Below, one piece after another: positions 39,608 to 53,215 of a stretch of DNA of 64,000 bases (positions are counted from its first letter, which is position 1; each line of letters opens with the position of its first letter). The notes under the pieces are model-generated. The model was not told the DNA's origin and did not search any database. It worked only from the letters and a program-made list of their open reading frames with translations. The translations under genes were made by a program, and so were the position numbers. Source of the stretch: Podarcis pityusensis (lineage: Eukaryota); assembly GCA_964106645.2 (NCBI GenBank), contig OZ067040.1; one strand, given 5' to 3'.

Positions 39608-42600
39608 GCTCTCTCAGTCAAACCTGCTACAAAACTGACCACATCAATAAGTAGTTTAAACCTATTCGATGAGATCCTGATTGAAGAAGGAACAGCAAAG
39701 GAAGCTACTTACAATGATGTATGTATTTTGAATCAATGATATGTTGGTGAAATGTGATGTAGTTAGTTAGCAAGTTAGTTAGCAAGGTGTGTGTTTTAAA
39801 TTCATCAGTTCAGCACATTTTAGTACACTATGTACTATCAAAACATTTTAAAATCCCCAAACACCCACTTTACTGAGCAGTCTCAATTTATTGAAAAATT
39901 CGACATGTGCATCAGGAAATCTGTGATCAGTCATGACACAGACATTTTGTAAATGCATGTTTGGAAGGTTTTCCTGTTTGTGAGGGAAATTTTATTTACT
40001 ATTATTTTAATGTAATGACTTTTCTTGCATATTTTAACAAAGCTGGATTATTATTATTACCCAAAGAAAATTAGGCTCACTTAATACTGTCTTTAATACA
40101 AATGTGAATAATCCTGTTTCAACAGTTGCAGGCTGAACATGAGAAATGTCAGCAACAACTTCAAGAGTTGACAAGGAGGTTTCAGCAAATACAAGAACAG
40201 GTAAAGCAGCATTAAGTGGTAATTTATCCATTTTGTATCCTGTAACTGAAAGCGTTCTAGAAACTTCATATACATCTTCCAATTTGTATTGGTTTGCTGT
40301 TTTGAGGTATTAGTTGCGAGTGTATCTTGTTTTTTAAATAAAACAAAATAATAAAATAAGAAACAGCAACCACAATAGTAATATTTTGAATTAGTGAGGC
40401 TGTGCAGGGCAGCTCTGTCTCTGTAAGGACTATTAGTATCGTAAATGTATTTTGCTTTGATGCTTATTGAAAATAGTGCTTTTTGTATGAGGTTGCAGCA
40501 CAAAGTCGGTAGGGCATTTTGAAAGTTCTTTGTGAAAGTTAACTGTGATTCATTTAAATGAGATTTTTTCCTAAACCATTATTGGTGTTTACCTTCTCTC
40601 CCCCAATATATGCAGATACAAGTTCATAACATGTATATGTCTCTGTGTTCTTTTAAAATTAGAACTCTGCTCTGCAAAATGAAAACCAGTCTCTTAAAAA
40701 GAATATTTCCGCTCTTCTAAAAACAGCTAGAGTGGAAATTAATCGCAAGGATGAAGAAATTAATAGTCTCCAACGAAGGTATGCTTTTTTCAGGAATGTC
40801 CTCTATTGTCCAGATATTTAGAAGAAAAAGAAACAAGACACATTTGAAACTAAAAAGTAGAAGATGTTTTATAAGCCTATCTTTTTTGTAGTTAAATTTA
40901 ACAGACACATAAACGTTAACTTGCTAGATATCAGATACTCATCTTCTGAAAAAAAAATTCTGCTAAAATTTGAAGTGTTTCTTGAAAAAGGTTACCCACA
41001 CATTATGTTCATAGCTTCATGCTTGCTAGCATAACTAGTGCACAAAGATGTGGAATGTTTTCATTCTGTCCGGTATTTGGCCGGTGATGGTGCTAAGGTC
41101 TTGTGGTTCAATTGGGTGTTCATTTCAGTGGTGATCAGGGAAAGTGTGTTTTGTTTTTAAGCTGACTACTGTGGATGAGGGACGCGGGTGGCACTGTGGT
41201 CTAAACCACTAAGCCTAGGGCTTGCCAAACAAAAGGTCAGCGGTTCGACTCCCCGCGACGGGGTGAGCTCCCATTGCTCAGTCCCATCTCCTGCCAACTT
41301 AGCAGTTTGGAAGCACATCAAAATGCAAATAGATAAATAGGTACTGCTCTGGCGGGAAGGTAAACAGCATTTCGGTGCGCTGCTCTGGTTTCGCCAGAAG
41401 TGGCTTAGTCATGCTGGCCACATGACCTGGAAAAACTGTCTGCGGACAAACACCGGCTCCCTCAGCCAGTAAAGCGAGATGAGCGCCGCAACCCCAGAGT
41501 TGTTTGTGACTGGACTTAACTGTCAGGAGTCCTTTGCCTTTACCATTTTACTGTGGATGGACACTTTTAATGTGTTGTACTGTTTTGAAGTGTGTTTTGA
41601 GGTATCTGCATTAGCATGTACTTATCGGTATAGGAAGTTGCTTTGAGACTTGTTTCTTTTTTAAGGAAGATACAAGCAAATTAAATGATGTTCAGTTCTC
41701 ATTCTATCTTAATTTTAAAAGCTGAAAGGACCAGACTGGCTTCAACAAAGCCCCAAGCCATCAACATTTGTAAACAAATCATTGCAACTGAAGCATATCA
41801 TTTTCATCTCATGCCAATAACATTGGCACCAGGCAAGGATCCCTGGGAATAGCACTCCTGAAACTGGGCTGCCCTGAGTAAAGCATGTGTTGGGTGATTG
41901 GGACCAGTTTAACCAGAGAGGCTATGAGTTAAGGCTCTCTTTTTCTGCCTATTTTGGTTCTGGTATGTTACTATATTAGGAAGTGGGGGGGGGGGGGGAC
42001 ATTAAATGGGGACTGTCATTTCAAAAGGGAATGACAGCTCATTAGAAGAGCTCTCAACTGATTTGGACAAATCCTATGGGACCCTGACTCTCAAAATTAC
42101 TGGGAGAAAAGCAACAATGCAAGCAGTAGTTGCTTCAGCAGGGTTTGTGCAGGTTCTGTTGCTATGCCTGCTGAGGGAAGGGTGCTTAAGCCTGATTATA
42201 TATTTGTCAGACATGGACTGCTAAATTATTGCTTTGGGCACGATTCTTCAATTAATGAGTGAACTTTTAAGCAAGAGTATTGTAACAGTAAGAAATGTGT
42301 GTTGCTCTCCCAAAGAGTTAGCTGTCTGCTGTCAGTGTAAGCAGAGATGCAACGTTGCCCCCTACCTTTCTTGATTCTAGCCTGCTGAGAGCAGCAGAGT
42401 GAAATATGTGGGGTGAGAATATTCCTGAAGCGTGTGGTTGAGGACATGCTTTGAACAGGCTTTATAGCACCAATGGTAATTCCTACAGTGATATCCTTTC
42501 TGTTTGTTTGTATAAATCCTAAATAGAAGGTCCCCATCCAAACTGGTTAATCTTAACTATGCTTTGTTGATACAAGCCAACTTCATAAAGAATGCCATTG

Positions 42601-45600
42601 TGTGGACCTTTTCTTCCTTTAAAAGTAAAAGGAAGAATAAATATTTATTTAACACTTTTAAAGGCTTATTCTGGCTTGTCTCACCACGGCATTTAGATTT
42701 TAGTAGAATTTGGAGTTTGCTTAAATCTGAAATATCTTTTGAAATGTAGTATAGTAATACAATCTCTTTCTAAACAGGTTAACAGAATTTCAAGTTCATC
42801 CGAATAGAACATACTTCCCAGCATCAACTAATAATGCAAGAAACTTTGAGGGATCAAAACTGAAAAATAAATTCAGAGATTTAGTTCCAGAGAACAATTC
42901 AAGAACCGATTCTAGAACTACCCAAGCCCTGCCTAAGGACAAACCTTGCGGTTATCCACCTTGGGGTACAGAAAATAAGAAATTGCCTCCAGAAAAAGGA
43001 GACACTCTGTACGTTTCTCAATCTCATCCTGAACAGCTTTGCAGAGATGGTACTCATGTAAGGCTTGCAAGTGTTGACAGCTCCTATGACAAAGAAAAAG
43101 GAAAAAAAGAAACGAAACATAATGAGCATCATAGCAGCGAGAATAACAACAGATACAAAACAAAAGCACACCAAAATCTGGGCAGCACACTAGAGGGAAA
43201 GTTGGATCCTCATGGAAGGTTGGAAGTTAATCCAGACAAAACAGAAAAAAATGGACTATGGAAAGACAAAAAGGACTTGAAGCTCAAAAGCAGCCCACAT
43301 ACAGAAAAAAGAACTGGTAAGGTCCCTTTTGCTAGGGAGAAACAACCAACTCCTAAAGACACATCACTGTCAAAACCAGAACACTCCAGCAGTGACAGGA
43401 GTGAAAAGTCACAAAACAAAAATCAGAAGGACCTGAAACTGAGAAACAAAGAGGAAAGCAACAACGGACAAAAAAACAGGCAATCTGACAGCTATCTAGA
43501 ACAACAAAGAACTGGCAAGGTTAGTAGTCCCCCTGAATGGAATAAAATTGCCAGAAGCCCTAAAAAATTAAGCAAAAGCTATGTGAAAGACAGAAAGAGA
43601 AAACATAGTGATTGCAGGAGGAACAAAGAAGCAAGCGGTCCTGTGCCCTGTGGAGGGAAACCTTCACCACCACCACCACCACCTCCTGTTTTAAACAAAG
43701 AGCCGAAACATGGCCACCCTAAAGAGGATAGCAGTAAAAGTGAATCTGAACACACACGTTCAAAATCGGGCAGACATAGAACTGAAGAGAAAAGGAAAAA
43801 TGAGAGAGATGATTCTAATGAGGCCAGGACTTCTCAAAATGAAAAAAGAGAATCAAAGGAACCATCCCTCCAAACAGGAAAAGGAGCCATGAAAATTAAA
43901 GATAGTGCAAAAAGGGAGAAAAAGAAGTCCTTTCAATCAGTAGAGACTGCCAAGGTAGTTGAAGGCTTGAAGGAGCAGGTGCCTATAAAAGTTAGAAGGG
44001 AGGAGGAGCAGTCGAAAAGCAAAGACTTAAAACTGAGCTTTATGCAGACTCTAAATTTAACCCTTTCTCCTGCTAAGAAGCAAACAGACAAATGCAAAGC
44101 AGTGGCAAAGTCTACCAATAAATGTGGTACAGAAATTCCAGGTCAGGAAGTCATGTTGGTACCAGCTGAGGCTATTGGTGCTAATGCCATTAAGCAAACA
44201 CAAACACCACTATCACCAATCTGTGACAATCCTGTTCAGACCAAATCGGAACAAGTAATGCCTCTTTCTGAGGTCAAAACGAAGGTGGGAAATGAGCTGC
44301 CAAAAACTCTAAACACAAAGCCTTTGAAGACAACCTCAGACCCACAAGATATAGCAGGGCAGTGGGCGCCGGAGGATGTGAAGCTCCTGTCTGAGGCAAA
44401 AACTGGGATGGGAGAAGCTGATGGAGTTGATAAGATGCATGTGGCTTCTGGTTTAGAAAGCCCCTTGGATCAAGACACACTTCCCGATAACTCTTTCAAT
44501 GATGTGGAGACTATAAGTTCTGTGGATTTTGATTCTTTTAGTGTAATAGATGAGATCAGTGGGACAGATTCAGACTCACTGATGGACGAGAAGGAGTCCA
44601 GTAATTGGACAGGTGAAAATGTCTTGGAGGGTCCTGAAAAAGAGAACAAGCCTATGCCTCATAAAGCTACTGTGGAAGAAGGCAAAATACTGAGTGGTGG
44701 TCACTTGGAGCCAAGCTTTCCTGACCGTAACCATGAAAACCACTTGGAAACATTATACAATGAAGGGTTGAAACCTACATCTCCAGCAAGAGAAATAAGC
44801 ACAGTTTCTGTTGATGATGATAACTCTATTCTGAGCATTGATCTCAATCATATGAGGAATATTCCAAAAGCAATCAGCCCACTTAATAGTCCAATGCGAC
44901 CTTTGGCTAAAGTACCCCGAATGGAAAGCCCTTACAAAGGACCTGTGAAAAGCTATAATACAGGTATATGTTTAATATGCTCTGCTTGTTACATGATTTT
45001 TATTTGAATGAGGAACACATTAAGCATTCACACGTATACCGATGCTAAACATAAGTGAGTTGCAATTAAGTTCTGTTTGTTTTCAGTAGAACTTACTGCA
45101 CAACTTGTAGGCAAGCGTGCTTCATCTGTGCAGTGCAATCCTGTACATATCTTCCCCATTGAGTTCAATGGAGCTTTCTCTTTAGTAAGTGTTCTTAGCG
45201 TGTAGGAATTTACGACTGTGATCCCATACACACTTGAATGGGAGTACTAAATGCAACTTCTGAGCATCACACAAGATCATACTGCACAGCTGCAATTCAC
45301 AGGCATTTTTTCTCAAGTTAGGTAACGAAGCTGCCTTATATTGAGGCTTTGCCCATCTAGTTCAGTATTGTCCACGTTGAGTGGCCGTGGCTTTACAAGA
45401 TTTCAGACAAGAGTCTCTCCCAGCCTTACCTAGAGATGCCAGGGATTGAACTTCAGACCTTCTGTGTTCAAAGCAAATATTCTGACACTGGGCTACTGAC
45501 TGTCCTGTTTAAATTCAGTGGGGAGTAAGACTTAGCTTTCAGTCTGCTAGCTCTGAGGTAGATATTTATTCAAACTGATTACATAGGAGGAAACTGTTTA

Positions 45601-48600
45601 AGGCAGTAGTGGCAAACCCATGACCCTCTGATGCTGCTGGACTACAGCTTCCATCAACCCTGGGGCGTTGGGGTCCAACAGCATCTAAAGGGTTTCCCCA
45701 CTCTTGAAAATTAGAATTGCAAGCCACGTTAAGCTACAGAGTGTAACCCACATTCTGGCAGAACTCTTTGCACAGTTTCTTATCCACTAGTTTTGGAGGC
45801 AGTAATAATTAAAAGTGCCTTTGGGCTTAATCTTGCAATTTCAAGATAAATTGCCATGGAACTTGATATATAAAAACTGTTTCCATGCTGAATTTTTTTT
45901 TTAAACCTAGCTCTTCTTCCAAAAGCTGCCTGTCCTCTGCTAAAATGCATCGCCTAGAGCTACTGGCACTTCTAAACAATTATGTTCACTGTTCTAAACT
46001 AAAATTGACTATTAGATTATACTGTCATTGGAATTTGTTTTGAGGCTTGCTACTTTGGGCTGCTTAATTAACAAATTGTTTCATTATTTCTAGATTTTGT
46101 TCCAGAAAATGCAGTTGTCTATCCTGGAAGGAACCAGTCCAGTGAACTGAACAAGGAAAACCAAAAGCCTCTTTGCTCAGATCATCAAATCTTAGAGGAG
46201 TCTCAGCTAAGCATGTCCTCAGATGAATTAGAAGAAGGTGAAATTGTAAGTGACAATGATGAGCCTAAAATAGAAGCCAGCTCTGAAAATAGTAAAAAAA
46301 CAAGAAGAAAAGCATCTCCAGATAGATCTAATTTGGCCAAGAGTACTTGCAACCACAAGGTCAGGACAACATCTTCCAGAGAAGATACAGGAAAATTGTC
46401 TTCTGGGGGAAAAAATAAAGAAAATCCCAAAGATGGAACTATAATGCGCTCCAATGAAGTAAAGAAAATTAAAACTGTGAGCATTGACAGTCTTGAAAAA
46501 ATAGTTCAAATTATTGTTGTACCTTCTACAGTGCATGAGTTTATGCAGATGCTGAAAGCTATAAGAAAGCAAGTACGGAAAAGCTACATGAAGTTTAAGA
46601 TACAATTTCCAGTACAGCATTTTCATAGGATCATAGATTCAGCTATTTTGAACTTTACATCTCTGGTAAAATACCTTGACTTCTCTAAAATGTCTAAATC
46701 TAGTGAGGCTTTAAAGCTGAACCTCTGTGAAGTTATAGAATATAAACTTAATCGGATCAAAGAGAATAGTGCAATAGAGCATCTCTTTGAACAGCAGCAA
46801 TCCGATATGAAGAAAAAGTTGTGGAAACTTGTGGACGAGCAGCTTGACTACTTATTTGATAAAATAAAAAAAATTATTCTAAAGCTATGTACCTTGGTAA
46901 GCTTTGGAAATGAAAGCGATGAAGGTAAGCTTGATAAAAGAAAGAAAGAAAGCCCCAAATGCCTTATAAATCATAAAAATAAAATTGACAGACAGAAATC
47001 AAAGAAACCAGCCTTAAATGCTAGAATGCAAAGGCCTGAAGAATGTGCCCCATCAAAACCAGTAGCAGGTAACCAGCTATTGAAGCGAGGTCACCATAAC
47101 ACAAACAAAATGAGTACACAGAAAAATGTGACTGCAAAATGTAGAAGTTCCCATACTGTTAACCCAAAACATTCTCGGACTGAAGCTGAACCTTTCAAGG
47201 AAAGCTGCATGTCAGACACTTCTTTGAACGGTGGAAAAAATGAAAATGAAAGATTGCATATGATTGGAGACTCTCACAAGTCTGATATTAGCTGTGGACC
47301 TCTCACAGAACAGCAGATGTCTGGCCTGACATTCAACCTGGTGAATGACGCTCAAATGGGTGAAATGTTCAAAAGTTTGTTACAAGGCTCTGACCTTTCA
47401 GAAAAAAATGGTGACTTTATCAATGACAATCAGTGGGAGTTCAGGACACCAGAAAAACACACCCAAGATGGCCAGAACTGTGTGAATGAGCCTCCATATG
47501 AGACCGAAGAGCAGATTCCAAGAGAGACTGAAGTTGAGTCGAGAGTACTAGATGGAATTAAATGGCCTATAGTTTCACCTGAAAGAGATTCAGCTTTTTT
47601 AGCTAGGCTGCAGATGCCAATTGATCCAGATATTCTTGATGAAAGCTGTATGTTTGAAATTCCTACTAGTCCTGGTTTGAAGAAAGGTGAGGAGTGCATT
47701 TCAGAGAAACCAAAATCACTTGTCTCTTCTATTCTTCTGGAAGACCTAGCTGTGTCGTTGACTATTCCCTCCCCTTTGAAGTCAGATGCTCATCTTAGCT
47801 TCTTGAAACCTGACATGTATGGCTCAGTTCCTGAGGATGTTCTGAGCGCACACTTCAGTGAAGATGCCCATCTCGAAGAGGAGGATGCTTCTGAACAGGA
47901 CATCCATTTGGCTTTGGAATCTGATAATTCAAGCAGCAAATCAAGCTGTTCTTCATCATGGGCAAGTATACCTCCTGCTCCTGGATTTCAGTATTGCCCA
48001 AGCCTTCCAATGCAGGCAGTAATAATGGAGAAATCAAATGACCACTTTATTGTTAAAATAAGGCGTGCCGCACCATCTACCTCACCCGTCCTTGAACAGC
48101 CTACTCTAGCAAATGAACCACTGACCTCTTCTAGTGGGGCAGGAAACAAGGAAATAGTGTTGGAAGAAAAATTAGATACTTTGGACCTCAAAAGCATTCC
48201 TTTGGAAGATACAGCAACATCTAAGGAAAATTTAAAGATTATTGACTCTGAGGGTAAGCTGAATGATGTTGGAGAGAGACAAGTTACTCATTTGCTGGGG
48301 TCTGAGAAGGAGCCACCTCTGTGCCTTGCAAACGATCAGGTTCCTCATCTTTCTGAACCCCAACAGGAACCTCATTCTGATGCCCCGAATGAGGCACTTG
48401 AATCTGTAGAGGACCTGTTCAGGAATGCCAGAGAAGAACGACCTTGCAATCTTGCAGCGTCTGAATTGCTTCAGGAGCGATATACTAATGCCAGTCAAAC
48501 TCAAGGCCCTGATTTACTTGGGCCCCATCAGGTGTTGCACAGTGGTGCTGGCCCAGAAGAAGCCACTGATTTGCAAGAGCCACCTAAAGAACCAGGGACA

Positions 48601-51256
48601 ACTTTAGAATCCTTGGTTAAAACTAGCCAGCATGAGGACACACCTGAAGTGTTTACACTACCTCAGGCACACACCGTGAAAGTTTTTCAAAAAAGAGATG
48701 CATCTTGTGCTGAATTAGAACATTCTCCAATTAGCTGTGCAGCAGTTTCCCTTGTAGAAAAGTTGTCTTCTGAGACCCATTTTGATATATGTGTAGACTT
48801 GACTGATGAGACTCCCATAGAAAATGAAGTTGATTCATGGGATCTTACAGTGGAACGTGCTTCAAATGCTAGAATGGGAGGCTTATGTAAAGATAAAGAG
48901 GAGGAGAAGACAGTGAACCACCATGTAGCAGATGATCATCCAAAGCATGATGTTGAAGCAGTTGTAAATTTGACAGAGCATCCGCCTGACAAGTGTACAG
49001 CAGATGAGAATTTTGAAACAGGTACTACTCTAAATACTAGTGGCCTGGGATGTGAAACAAAAGAAAGGAAAAAAAGAAAAAAAGAGACAGAAGATACATC
49101 CAACACAAAAAGACAAAGAAAGGAGAGTAGTGAATTGGCTTGTAAAAAAAACAGCAAAAGGTCTAAAGAGATTACTTCAGTGACCACAGACACATCCAGT
49201 AATAAAACTGCATCAGTCGGAGACAAAGATTCTTTACCATCAACATCCTCCCTGGCACCCTCAAGTCTGTGTGCCAAAAACATCATTAAGAAAAAAGGGG
49301 AAGTTGTGATTTCTTGGACAAGGTAAGAATACAAAACCAAAACCAAAAACCGAATCAATGGGATGAATAAGGGAGGTCTGGAAGTGTATAACAGTTGGAG
49401 ATAGAGTGATACATTTCTGCATTCTGTGGCATGGGCATTATTACCCTAGCAAACATTTTTTCTTGGTTGTACGTTCAGCTTTGTTGACCTGTCTCTTGAA
49501 TCAGGAAAGGCAAATATGTAGTCTTATTTTTACATTGCAGTTGAAACTAGGTTTTCTGAACTGGAAGGTAGGGACAGTAAATTGATTGAGAGGGGGAAAC
49601 TTGGAAGCCCAAGTGAGCACCTGGTGGGTTGAATTGTGGCCTCTTGTCTTGACAGGGTTCATTGTATTGTGTATACTTTCTTTGTGGAAAATGTCTGCAT
49701 TTAGCAGTAAATCATGAAGCCTAATATAGTCCCAAATGGAAATCCTCGCTTTATTTCCATTTGCTTCATTGAGCAATGGTGCAAAGTAATTAGAAAGTAT
49801 AAGCTTTTACTTTGTTTTACAAATATTTTTTCATATCCGAATGAAACCCAAGTGCAACCATTCAGTCTTTTTTGTGGGTTTTTTTTTTTTTTTCTTTGAG
49901 AGAGAAAACCTGACCTCAAAGCCATTGAACAGAGTTTTTAATGTCTGATGTTTTCGCTGTATTCTGTTACATTTTGTTAGAAGCTGCCCCAAGTGGCTGG
50001 GGCAAGTCAGTCAGATGGGAGGGGTACAAGTAATAAATTGTTGTTGTTGTTGTTGTTAATTATTATTATTATAAGGTGATCATCACTGTTCCGAAGAAGC
50101 TTCAGAATGGTGTGAACATAATGGGTATCATCTAGTTTATAAGGGAGGGTTTGGGCAATTGCTATTAGCCTTCAGAATTCTGTTTGTCTTCATTAACAGA
50201 CTTTTAAGAACTTATTTCGAGTTACAACATTGTGTGTGTGAAGTGCAATAGACATAGATAGACTTAGTTCAAAACAGTGTTCAGATGTTGAAGTTACCCT
50301 TGTATGTTTATTATAGAAATGATGACCGGGAGATTCTATTGGAATGTCAGAAGAAAGGACCTTCAGGAAAAACATTTGCTTCTGTTGCTGTCAGGTTAAA
50401 TAAAAGTCCAGCTCAGGTACGTATTTTGGTAAGCAATTGTGTTTGAACCTCCCTTGCACACAAGTGTAACTGTGTTTCTGTCTGGTTGAGCAGTGCATAT
50501 CTTCAGAAATATAACCCCATGACACTCTACTGAATTCATTAACATTTCTTAGGAGAAAAAATGTATCAGAAAAGATGTGTCAAAATTCAGATTGTTCTAC
50601 AGACTAAAGAAATGATTGGTAGAAAGGAAGTTAATTTTTAAAATATATTTATATGAAAAGTAATATTACATCCATATAGGCTTTACATGTAATTTTATTT
50701 GATCTTATATAACCCTTTGGGTATATACCATGCCATAAAAGATATACATAAAGTCTGAAGTGGGGGCGGGGACTTGTTTATTCTGAGGTGGCAGTCTTAC
50801 TAATGATGCTGCTTGTGGATATGCAATATTCATACACAAGACAGGAATCAATAGATTTATACCTCTGGTGCCTTTATACTGTGGAAATCCTTTTTTATGA
50901 AAGCCTACATAACCCACTTTAGTCTGTTCAAGATGAGGGAATGTTCACATCTACATATACTGAGGCCATTCAATACATAATGTTGCTTCTCCATATTGGC
51001 AAGGGTGTCCTACCTGAAGTATGCACGTGAGCTGAGCAATCGCTGAAAAGGCTGGCAGCATTTCCATGATTGTAGTTGCACTTTTCAGTAATCAGAACTG
51101 GTGGGATATGTTCATGTTCATATCAGCACATGTGTGAGAAAAAAAGCATACTTTATTTTTAGGGAAATAACTTTTAGACTCTTTGCTTTCTCTCCACAGG
51201 TTGAAGAAAGATTCAAGCAGTTGTTGAAACTATTCAAGATGTCAAACTGCAGCTAG
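37878..51256 (+). CDS. CASP8AP2: CASP8-associated protein 2 (FLASH), histone pre-mRNA 3'-processing/histone locus body factor, 1997 aa
   Basis: Coding exons 37878-37929, 38578-38655, 39618-39718, 40126-40200, 40663-40778, 42778-44963, 46094-49322, 50317-50416, 51200-51256; all GT-AG and in phase, total 5994 nt. N-terminal coiled coil ([14 protein letters not shown]...[27 protein letters not shown]), central DELEEGEI motif, C-terminal SANT/Myb-like domain ([23 protein letters not shown]...[12 protein letters not shown]). Confidence 0.96.
39355..39505 (+). mobile_element. 3' end of a LINE (L2/CR1 clade) with (TAT)n tail; related copies at ~49960-50070 (+) and ~55090-55340 (-)
   Basis: Shared GAAGCCGCCCAGAGTGGCTGGGG...GGGCGGGGTATAAAT motif followed by a simple-repeat tail. 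Confidence 0.65.
41178..41548 (+). mobile_element. Full-length Sauria SINE
   Basis: tRNA-like head GGGACGCGGGTGGCACTGTGGTCTAAACC...GGTTCGACTCCC; AGATAAATAGGTAC core; tail CCTTTGCCTTTACC; 11-bp TSD TACTGTGGATG (41167-41177, 41549-41559). Confidence 0.9.
42778..44963 (+). CDS. CASP8AP2: CASP8AP2 large internal exon (2186 nt)
   Basis: Contains ORF 42983-45007; acceptor AAACAG|G, donor ACAG|GTATAT; motifs [20 protein letters not shown] and [15 protein letters not shown]. Confidence 0.95.
45330..45497 (-). mobile_element. tRNA-derived SINE (Squam3-like)
   Basis: Reverse strand reads GTAGCCCAGTG...AGAAGGTCTGAAGTTCAATCCCTGGCATCTC...CTAGATGG...TATAAGGCAGC. Confidence 0.6.
46094..49322 (+). CDS. CASP8AP2: CASP8AP2 large internal exon (3229 nt)
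   Basis: Contains ORF 46213-49326; acceptor TTTCTAG|AT, donor ACAAG|GTAAGA. Confidence 0.95.
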
Positions 51257-51314
51257 TGGCTATACTATTGCTACTAAGAATGGACTGCTATGAGTTTATG
51301 TGCACTGTGTGCAT

Positions 51315-51360
<46 letters not shown>
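51315..51360. repeat. (TG)n(AG)n microsatellite in the CASP8AP2 3' UTR
   Basis: Seen directly, about 60 nt after the stop codon. Confidence 0.9.
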
Positions 51361-51361
<1 letters not shown>

Positions 51362-53130
51362 ATGGGACATGTAATCAAAGTCAGAATAACTGTTTGTTGC
51401 TTCTCCATTTAGGTAGACTTAAAATGCACCTTTTATGCCCACAGATTTCATAATAATGCCCTGCTTTCTCAATTTTTTTTTGAAGGTATCAAACAGATCT
51501 GTTGGACCTATTAGTGTCCTTGAGCAGCCTTGCATATTAGAGAGCACAGAGGAAACAGGAAGTGCATACAACCTGTCTTTCCTGTTACCTGAATTGCCTA
51601 GAGTGAAACTTTCATATCTCTCCTTAGAAGTTTCATTTGGGATTATAAAGAACAGTTAGGGGAAGTTGAAGTGCAAGACACTATAGTACTTCTCGTTCCT
51701 CTGCATTCCACTGTGTCTGAAGCCATTATTTTATTAAAACTTTGGGGACAGCAGATGATCAATTCCTAGCACATGGGAAGTTGAATTCTTTGAGCTGAAA
51801 CACCTCATGCTATTGATTTAAAAACAGACGGCGAACCTGTTGCCTTCCAGAAGTTGTTGGATTCCCAACTTCCATCAGCCCTTACCATCCTGGTCAATAG
51901 TCAGGACGATGGGCATTGTAGTCCAACAATATCTGGAGGGCCATAGATTCCCCACCCTGATTTAGAATGTCACAGAGAAATGTTGACCACTAGAAAACAC
52001 AAGAGGGTTGGTTGTTAAACAACAGACTCCTCTTTTCTCTCAGTTTTCAGAAAGCACAAACACAGATTGTAAAACTTTGCAGTATATTACCCAATGGCAT
52101 TTGTTCAAAGATGTACTGTACATACAGTCCTTATTGTAGATCATACAAAGTTAGCAAATTTTGGCAGGAATACATCAGTATTTGCAAGTGTTTCCTCAGA
52201 TGAGCCAACACAATGGCAGCATTAGAAATAATGCTAAACCATGAAATATGGCTTGTTTAACCGTACTGTGCACACAACTCAAGCTTTCCTGCTTCACTCT
52301 TCCATTAGTTCACCTGGGAAACAAACCACAGAGCTCCTGGCTTAGCATTATGTCCCAACCAGTGCTTATGGTTTTCCCATCACAATAAACCATAGTCTGA
52401 AGCCAAAGTTTCTTTTTGCCTTCCCAGTCATGGTTTGGAGAAAAGAAACCAGAAGTGCTGCTAAGCCAGCCACTCCGTTTTTGTTCACCAATTTTACTAA
52501 TGGGCGATGAGTGTGATTAGAGAAGCCATAATTTGTGGCTTAGCATTGCAGCCAATCAGAGCAATTATTTGGAACCTGTATGCACAATTATTTGTATTTA
52601 AAAAGTCAACTTTTGCAATTAAACTACAATTGCCATTTCGTGTTAGCTTAAAAGTATTGCTTCCCTTTACAACATACTTTCAACGTTTTATGAACTAAGT
52701 GTAGAATCCGAATATGTAAATTCAAAGGTGCTTAAATTAAGAGGTTCAAAATTTTAATTGCAGGTAATCCAGAGAAATTGATAAACACCTCTGCCCTAAT
52801 AAGTCCTAACCTTTAGAGAAGTGAGGGTCTTGTTTTGGCAGCTATTTCTGCTGAACATGTGCACAGCAGGAAAAGCCCTAAGTGGCTCCCCAGCCTTTTA
52901 TTTCAGAAAGAAAACAATCTTATAAAAAGGTGAAAACTCATTTCTTAAAGTCACTTACTGCCGTTCTGATCTGGATATGTGTGTTTGTGTGTGTAAATAT
53001 TAGAGTTTAAACGAGACACTTCTGTAAATACCTGTACAGATTCTCTAATGTGTAAAATATTGTTCTTTACCTGAACATTTTTGATTACATAAAACAAGTT
53101 TTATTTTGTATCTACTAAATACTGCACACC

Positions 53131-53215
53131 ATTAAAACCCCAAACTTTGTAAAATGAATGCACTTAATATTCATTAAACATTGACTTGAAGTGTTTTTAT
53201 AACGTGTTGCTGTAT
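53131..53215 (+). terminator. Probable CASP8AP2 polyadenylation region
   Basis: ATTAAA at 53131 and 53173, followed by a GT/T-rich tract (GTGTTTTTATAACGTGTTG); upstream UGUA motifs. Confidence 0.5.

Noticed and set aside
41179-41260. tRNA-like A/B boxes
   Set aside because: Head of the Sauria SINE, not a tRNA gene.
43664-43690. CCA-repeat polyproline in CASP8AP2
   Set aside because: Short coding microsatellite in a low-complexity, probably disordered region; no further support for function.
46203-49358. Antisense ORFs inside the large CASP8AP2 exons
   Set aside because: Shadow frames of a long coding exon.
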